This document shows positions 7,718 to 12,996 of a stretch of 12,996 bases of DNA, in pieces (position 1 is the stretch's first letter; every line of letters begins with the position of its first letter). The notes below the pieces were generated by a model, which worked only from the letters and a program-made list of their open reading frames with translations, did not search any database and was not told the origin of the DNA. The stretch is from an archaeon (GTDB taxonomy: Archaea; EX4484-52; WAPT01). Location: the NCBI GenBank assembly GCA_029258795.1, contig JAPDKB010000011.1, positions 1 to 12,996 of the forward strand, given 5' to 3'. A program made the position numbers and the translations under genes.

Positions 7718-10700
7718 CAATTCCACCACAGATAATAGACAACGAAAGAATAAAGCTTTTGGATTTTATAGTTGGTATTCTCAAAGACAGTCCTAATACC
7801 AATCTAGATATCGCTACAGCTTTCTTCAACATCAAAGCTTTTGAAATGATAAAGGATTATGTTAAAGGTATCAAGAGGTTCAGGCTTCTTTTGGGAAAGG
7901 CACCAGAAATTAAAAGTGATAAAACATTAGGTGAGGAGTTACTAAGGATTATTAAAGAAGAGGTTGAAGGTTTGGAATTATCAAAAGAAAATGAGGATAA
8001 TGTAAAAACTTTTATTGAATTTTTGAAAAAATCGAATGTTGAAGTAAGAATCTATGACAAACAATTTTTGCATGGAAAAGCATTCATATTCGATAAGGCA
8101 GTTATTATCGGCTCCTCAAATTTCACTCCTGCTGGCTTAACTCACAATACAGAATTAAATTCAGTACATTTAGAAGCCCAAGCAGAATACGTAAGAAAAA
8201 ATTGGTTTGAGAAATTCTGGCAGGAAGCAAGAGATTTTAAAGAAGAATTAATTGAACTCTTAGAAGCTTCAAGATTTGGAAGTAAAGAATATACTCCTTA
8301 TGAGGTATTTATTAAAGTTCTTTATGAATTGCAAAAAGAAGATATACTTGAACAAGAAAAGATGGAAGAAAGAGAAGGTGCTATTTCTTCCAAAGTTGAG
8401 TTATCAGAGTTTCAGGAAGATGCTGTAATAAGAGTGAAATCAAGATTAAAGAAGTATGGTGGGGTAATAATCGCTGATTCTGTTGGTTTGGGTAAAACAT
8501 GGATAGCAAAGAAAATAATAGAAGAATTTGGTTTTTATGAAAGAAAAAATTTCCTTGTGATATGCCCTCCACAATTAAGAAAAATGTGGAGTGATGAGAT
8601 CAAAAGCATAATGTTACCAGCAAATGTAATGTCTTTAGAAGAGCTTGCATCTGAAAAATTTCTAGAGAAGGCAAACGAGATTACTTCAGGTCATTTAGAA
8701 GATGTCGAATTAGTAATTGTAGATGAAAGTCATAATTTAAGAAATCCTTTGTCAAATAGATGGGAAAATTTCTATAATTTAGTTTGGGAACATATAGCAA
8801 AAAAAGGAAAAAGACCCTATCTTATATTTTTAACCGCTACACCTATTAATAACACAATTTGGGATCTGTATTGGCAAATAATGCTAATAGTCGGAATGGA
8901 TAGAACAGCCTTCATTAAAGAAGGGATCTCAGACTTATTTAAATTCTTCAAAGAAGTTGATAAGAGAGGAGATGCAACTTTACTGAATGATCTCTTAAAC
9001 GAAATATCAATAAGGAGAACAAGAGAGTATATAAAAAAGAATTATCCTAATGCGACTATAAAAGGTAAAAAAATAACATTTCCAGAAAGAATTCTTGAGA
9101 ATATAGAGTACAAATTGGGAGAAACCTATAGAGGGATGTATAAGAAAATAGCAAAAACAATAGCTGAAGACCTTACAATGGCGTGTTATCAATTACTGAA
9201 ATACAAAAAAGTTGAGAAGCTCAGTAAAGAAGAAGAATGGGAATTAAATGGGATGATTGCATTGTCTGGAATTTTAAAAACCATTTTTTTAAAAAGATTA
9301 GAAAGTAGTGTAGAAGCTTTTAGAATAAGTGTTAGGACACATATTCATTTTCTTCAAAAACTTAAGGAGTATATGAAGAAAGGAAAACTTCTAACAAAAT
9401 CAACTTTCAATAAGTACATTATGTGTTTGGATGAAGAGATAGAGAAATTTGAGGATAGATTAGAAAAGTTTAATCCAAATGAATATAACATAGATGAATT
9501 GTTTTCAGATATAGACAAGGACATAAAAATTTTAAAAGAAATTTTAAAGTCCGTTGAAGAAATAACACCAGAGAAAGACGCTAAGCTCAACGTAGTAAAG
9601 AAAAAACTATTAGAATTATCAAAAAAAGGTCAAATAATACTGTTTACTTATTATGAGGATACTCTAAATTATATTTGGAATCAGCTACAAAACTCCAAAG
9701 AATTTAAGAAACTAAAAATAGAAAAAATATCTGGTTCTACTTCAACACGCGAGAGAATAAGAATAGAAAAGGACTTATTAGCGAAAAAGATTGATATTTT
9801 GTTAAGTACAGATGTACTCTCGGAAGGAACGAACTTGCAATCGGCACGAATTATAGTTAACTATGACTTACACTGGAATCCTACGCGCATGCTACAAAGA
9901 GCAGGAAGAATAGACAGGATAGGTTCTCCTTATAAGAAAATTTTTGTTTTTAATGTGTTCCCAGAAGATGAGCTTGAAAGTTTGCTAAAGTTAGTGCAGA
10001 TCCTTCAAACTAAAATTACAAAGATAGATGAGGCTATAGGTTTAGATCAGAAAATTCTGGGAGAAGAGATTCATCCTAAAGTATTTGGTATAATTAGAAA
10101 GATAAGAATGTGCGATACAAAAATTTTAGATGAGTTAGATGAGATGGCTTTTGGAGGTGGAGAAAAATTCTATCAGCCAATAAAAGATTTCATGAAAAGG
10201 CGTGGGTTGGAGGAGTTGAAAAGAATTGAAAAAATTCCTTACGGGATACACAGCGGTCTTAAAAAAGGTATAAGAGGTATTTTCTTTTATTATAAATACT
10301 CTGATTTGTTTCATTTTTGGTATTTATATGATATTGAAAATAAAAAATTTATTACAAATAAATCGGAGATAATAGATTTTATTTCATGCTCGCCAAATGA
10401 AAAAAGAGTAATTCCAGAATTCTCCCAAAAAGTATATGAAATAAATGCTCGAGTGATCCAAAAAATAGAAGAAAATTATAAAGAATTCGAACAAGAACAA
10501 AAAGTGGATACCGAATTAGTAAGAATAGTTAAAGATAAAAGTTCGAGATTTATAAGGGATGTGATAAAAGAAGTTGAAATTTGTATCGATGAACATCTTA
10601 TAGAACATCCAGATGATCAAGATGTAATCTCTTTATGGGATAATGCAAGAAATAAATTGTTAACAATCTCTTTAACAAAAAAAAGATTACAAATTTTAAG

Positions 10701-10857
10701 AAAGATATGGAAAAAGTATAAAAAAACTGGTGATTGGAAACAACTAATAAGAGAAATTTGGAATTTTGTTAAGCAATTGAGTTCTAGGAAAAGAACAGAA
10801 ATTCCACAGTTTGAAAAGAATAAACTAAAGCTTGTTGCAATAGATTTCATTTCCTAA
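7714..10857 (+). CDS. Phospholipase D-family (single HKD) nuclease fused to SNF2-type SF2 helicase/translocase
   Basis: DIATAFF, HGKAFIFD (HxKx4D, 8071-8094) and GSSN (8110-8121). Walker A ADSVGLGKT (8473-8499), DESH (8722-8733), LTATP, KRLESS, TDVLSEG.NLQ, NYDLHWNP and motif VI QRAGRIDR (9895-9918). Confidence 0.92.
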   Translation: MTIPPQIIDNERIKLLDFIVGILKDSPNTNLDIATAFFNIKAFEMIKDYVKGIKRFRLLLGKAPEIKSDKTLGEELLRIIKEEVEGLELSKENEDNVKTFIEFLKKSNVEVRIYDKQFLHGKAFIFDKAVIIGSSNFTPAGLTHNTELNSVHLEAQAEYVRKNWFEKFWQEARDFKEELIELLEASRFGSKEYTPYEVFIKVLYELQKEDILEQEKMEEREGAISSKVELSEFQEDAVIRVKSRLKKYGGVIIADSVGLGKTWIAKKIIEEFGFYERKNFLVICPPQLRKMWSDEIKSIMLPANVMSLEELASEKFLEKANEITSGHLEDVELVIVDESHNLRNPLSNRWENFYNLVWEHIAKKGKRPYLIFLTATPINNTIWDLYWQIMLIVGMDRTAFIKEGISDLFKFFKEVDKRGDATLLNDLLNEISIRRTREYIKKNYPNATIKGKKITFPERILENIEYKLGETYRGMYKKIAKTIAEDLTMACYQLLKYKKVEKLSKEEEWELNGMIALSGILKTIFLKRLESSVEAFRISVRTHIHFLQKLKEYMKKGKLLTKSTFNKYIMCLDEEIEKFEDRLEKFNPNEYNIDELFSDIDKDIKILKEILKSVEEITPEKDAKLNVVKKKLLELSKKGQIILFTYYEDTLNYIWNQLQNSKEFKKLKIEKISGSTSTRERIRIEKDLLAKKIDILLSTDVLSEGTNLQSARIIVNYDLHWNPTRMLQRAGRIDRIGSPYKKIFVFNVFPEDELESLLKLVQILQTKITKIDEAIGLDQKILGEEIHPKVFGIIRKIRMCDTKILDELDEMAFGGGEKFYQPIKDFMKRRGLEELKRIEKIPYGIHSGLKKGIRGIFFYYKYSDLFHFWYLYDIENKKFITNKSEIIDFISCSPNEKRVIPEFSQKVYEINARVIQKIEENYKEFEQEQKVDTELVRIVKDKSSRFIRDVIKEVEICIDEHLIEHPDDQDVISLWDNARNKLLTISLTKKRLQILRKIWKKYKKTGDWKQLIREIWNFVKQLSSRKRTEIPQFEKNKLKLVAIDFIS

Positions 10858-11525
10858 TGAATTCCTACTTCTTAGGGTTTATTGGGGTATCTCTTCAACT
10901 TATTCTTATTTTGTCTATTAAAAGTTATTTACATCTTGAACGAGAAAAGCCGAATTTAAAAGATCAGTTTATTTGGACTATTGTTGGTCTTATTGGAACT
11001 TTATTTTTATTTTTCTTATTAAAAGTTTTTTTGCCTATAGATGAAAATAAGTCTAGTCTTTATAATGCTATATTTTTTATATTAGGGGTAACACCTCTTT
11101 TGGAAGAGTTTTTATATAGAAGAGTAATACTTCAACATTTCTTAAATTTAAAGGAGCAATCTTTTTCAATAAAGGAATTATTAGCATTAATATGGATGAG
11201 TATATCTTTAATTATTCCACCTACTTTTTTAGGACAATATACTTTAAAACATATTCTTTACACTTTTGTTGCTTTTTTACTTCCTTTCTGTTATTTTTCG
11301 TTTAAAAAATCAGAAAGGAAGAAACCTTTTATAAATTGTTTATCAAATCTTATTTTTTTAATTTCGCAGGATGTTTTGTTTGTTCTAGGACATGGAAGTT
11401 CCGCATCCATGTCTCTATTTTTTACAGGATTTTTATACGGTTTTCTTTATTTAGAGAGCAAAACAATTATACCCTCATTGATTGCACACTATTTCTATAA
11501 TTTTCTCATTTTTATTTATTCTTAA
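10857..11525 (+). CDS. CPBP (Abi / type II CAAX) family intramembrane glutamic endopeptidase
   Basis: Several hydrophobic segments; motif 1 PLLEEFLYR (EExxxR), motif 2 FVLGH (FxxxH), motif 4 SLIAHYFYN (HxxxN). TAATG overlap with the helicase stop. Confidence 0.8.
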   Translation: MNSYFLGFIGVSLQLILILSIKSYLHLEREKPNLKDQFIWTIVGLIGTLFLFFLLKVFLPIDENKSSLYNAIFFILGVTPLLEEFLYRRVILQHFLNLKEQSFSIKELLALIWMSISLIIPPTFLGQYTLKHILYTFVAFLLPFCYFSFKKSERKKPFINCLSNLIFLISQDVLFVLGHGSSASMSLFFTGFLYGFLYLESKTIIPSLIAHYFYNFLIFIYS

Positions 11526-11679
11526 CTTACTTAGCTTCTAAAATTTTGGCAAATTCTATTTACAAGAACAAAAAATCACCAAACTATTAGAAAACTTTTC
11601 GTATTCGTCTGAAACGGTTAATAGATCCGCAATAAGGGCATACGAGATATTTTGGAAGTATATGAAAATCTTCTCTAAA

Positions 11680-11718
11680 GGAAAGTTTATAAAGTTTTAT
11701 TTACTAAAGTAAATAAAA
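11680..11718 (+). promoter_or_regulatory. Putative BRE/TATA promoter with an adjacent 11-bp inverted repeat (possible operator)
   Basis: GGAAAG-TTTATAAA (TATA 11686-11693) followed by TTTTATTTACT-aa-AGTAAATAAAA (11695-11705 / 11708-11718), a perfect inverted repeat ending just before an ATG at 11719. Confidence 0.45.
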
Positions 11719-11822
11719 ATGGAAATGTTGGATGGTCTTTAGTTTGTTTGCTGTTCTGTTGGTTCTGATGTGTTAGATGACATGCATTATAGACTTTATA
11801 CTACAACACTTCATTAAGCAAA

Positions 11823-11840
11823 GTTGAAAAATTCTTCAAC
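11823..11840. repeat. 18-bp near-perfect palindrome GTTGAAAAATTCTTCAAC, possible regulator binding site
   Basis: 8 of 9 symmetric positions pair; lies about 40 bp upstream of the TATA-like box before the GH5 gene. Confidence 0.3.
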
Positions 11841-11875
11841 ACAAAGTTTAACTTGCCGAGTCAGTGATGCAGTAA

Positions 11876-11890
11876 GAGAATTATATAAAA
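11876..11890 (+). promoter_or_regulatory. Putative BRE/TATA promoter of the GH5 gene
   Basis: GAGAA-TTATATAAAA (TATA 11881-11888), ending 24 nt before the ATG at 11913. No SD directly before the ATG, consistent with a near-leaderless archaeal transcript. Confidence 0.45.
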
Positions 11891-11912
11891 AGGATGAACG
11901 TATTTAATATAT

Positions 11913-12860
11913 ATGACAAATAATAAGGTTGAGTATAGTTTTGTAAATCATAAAATAATGCTTAAAGGTGTTTCTATAGCAGACCCTCTTAAGCTTGTGA
12001 AAGATGATAAAATTGATATTAGGAGAAAATTACGGTTTATAAAAAAATATCATTTAAATACTATTCGAGTGCCAATTCTTCCAGGATTTTGGAGAGCTTA
12101 CCCAGATTTCTATTTTACATATTTAGAACAATTAGCAGATGCGTGTAAAAAAGAGGAAATGTTCTTAATTATAGATTGGCATGCCATAGGTAATCCTGTA
12201 AAAGGAGAAACTAGGATGGTAAACAAATACCTTTGTATAAAAAGAAAGAAGTTCTTACTTTATGACGCAAATATGGATATAGCTATAAAATTTTGGACAT
12301 CTATCTCTAATATTTTTCAATACGAGGATTATGTGATCTTTGAAATATTTAATGAACCTTGTCCAGATAGTAAACCTATTCCAAAATTAGGCTTATCTCC
12401 TTTATATTGGAAAGACTGGAAATCAAAGGCAGAAAAAATAATCAACATTATTAGGAGAAAAACATATAATTTTATATTAATTGGTACAATTAATTGGTGT
12501 AATAATATAGAGAAAGTTGTGGAAAACCCTATAAACGAGGAGAACATAGCTTATGTTCTTCACCCTTATCCAGGACATGAGGGTTGGATGAAAAATATAA
12601 AGCTAGCTATTAAAAATAATCTTCCTATATTTATAACCGAATGGGGATTTAAAGAAAATACTTCTTCTAAAATATTTAGAGGTAAGAAAGAAAGTTATGC
12701 TCTTCCCTTGTTAAACCTTTTAGAAAAAAATAAGATTAGTTGGATAGCATGGTGTTATGATACTGTGTGGGGACCTGCACTTCTTAATTCTTGGAGAAAG
12801 GATGATTACACAAAGTGGGGACAATTTCTTTTTAATTGGTTAAATAAGCATAAAAAATAG
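11913..12860 (+). CDS. Glycoside hydrolase family 5 (cellulase-family) protein
   Basis: LKGV, NTIRVPI, IIDWH, acid/base FEIFNEP (NEP 12351-12359), LHPY, nucleophile PIFITEWG (E 12639-12641) and ISWIAW: the conserved GH5 residues are present. No hydrophobic N-terminal signal visible. Confidence 0.88.
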   Translation: MTNNKVEYSFVNHKIMLKGVSIADPLKLVKDDKIDIRRKLRFIKKYHLNTIRVPILPGFWRAYPDFYFTYLEQLADACKKEEMFLIIDWHAIGNPVKGETRMVNKYLCIKRKKFLLYDANMDIAIKFWTSISNIFQYEDYVIFEIFNEPCPDSKPIPKLGLSPLYWKDWKSKAEKIINIIRRKTYNFILIGTINWCNNIEKVVENPINEENIAYVLHPYPGHEGWMKNIKLAIKNNLPIFITEWGFKENTSSKIFRGKKESYALPLLNLLEKNKISWIAWCYDTVWGPALLNSWRKDDYTKWGQFLFNWLNKHKK

Positions 12861-12868
12861 AAAATAAG

Positions 12869-12994
12869 CTATGACACGCACATTATTTGGCATTCACCAT
12901 TGACTATGTTTGGGAGACAGCCAGAGGAAAAGCAGAGCACTTCTATGCCTGTGTTTGTTGTCATTATTTTGCCTTTATCCTTGCATAGTTGCCA
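12869..12994 (-). CDS. Probable 3' end of a convergent gene with a Cys-rich C-terminus (partial, runs off the window)
   Basis: Open minus-strand frame ...WQLCKDKGKIMTTNTGIEVLCFSSGCLPNIVNGECQIMCVS* ends at TAG (12869-12871), 8 bp from the GH5 stop. About 41% GC by hand count versus much lower upstream. Confidence 0.45.
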   Translation of the reverse strand, partial: WQLCKDKGKIMTTNTGIEVLCFSSGCLPNIVNGECQIMCVS

Positions 12995-12996
12995 TA

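Noticed and set aside
240-10857. Assignment to DISARM or BREX
   Set aside because: No DrmA/DrmB (DUF1998) and no BrxC, PglZ or BrxL equivalents in the window; only generic MTase, SNF2 and PLD domains are shared.
11542-11712. Plus-strand open frame of about 56 codons
   Set aside because: No start codon near its 5' end and no recognisable motif; it overlaps the putative promoter.
11719-11817. TAG read-through (pyrrolysine or recoding) producing a 32-aa peptide
   Set aside because: TAG is used as a normal stop by the GH5 gene, and there is no other sign of recoding.
11526-11912. CRISPR array, tRNA or C/D-box RNA in the intergenic region
   Set aside because: No regularly spaced repeats, no cloverleaf and no properly arranged C and D boxes were seen.
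1378-12547. Short minus-strand ORFs in the track (1378-1560, 3236-3529, 3451-3651, 4099-4377, 5151-5375, 5847-6050, 7584-7835, 8381-8572, 9007-9192, 9354-9590, 10617-10850, 12329-12547)
   Set aside because: All lie antisense to well-supported genes and are Phe/Leu/Ser/Ile-rich shadows of Lys/Glu-rich coding sequence with no motifs.

Overview
AT-rich window (sampled stretches about 25-27% GC), probably archaeal judging by BRE/TATA-like promoters and leaderless-looking starts; the taxonomy is an inference. It is dominated by one tightly coupled six-gene + strand operon (about 240-11525) that looks like a defence/DNA-modification island. In order: (1) a large Eco57I/type IIG-like N6-adenine DNA methyltransferase, (2) a three-Cys-motif-partner (TcmP-family) SAM-binding Rossmann protein, (3) a Zn-ribbon + second TcmP domain + probable wHTH + spore-photoproduct-lyase-like radical SAM fusion, (4) a PD-(D/E)XK nuclease-fold protein, (5) a PLD(HKD) nuclease-SNF2 helicase fusion and (6) a CPBP/Abi intramembrane protease. 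Upstream is a 35-codon remnant resembling the N-terminus of a type III Mod-like methyltransferase. Downstream are a 387-bp intergenic region with a TATA box and palindromes, a GH5 glycoside hydrolase without a signal peptide, and the probable 3' end of a convergent Cys-rich gene. The best candidate for a new system is the 2xTcmP/radical SAM/nuclease module nested inside the methyltransferase + PLD-helicase pair. All calls come from motif recognition by eye; no database searches were run.
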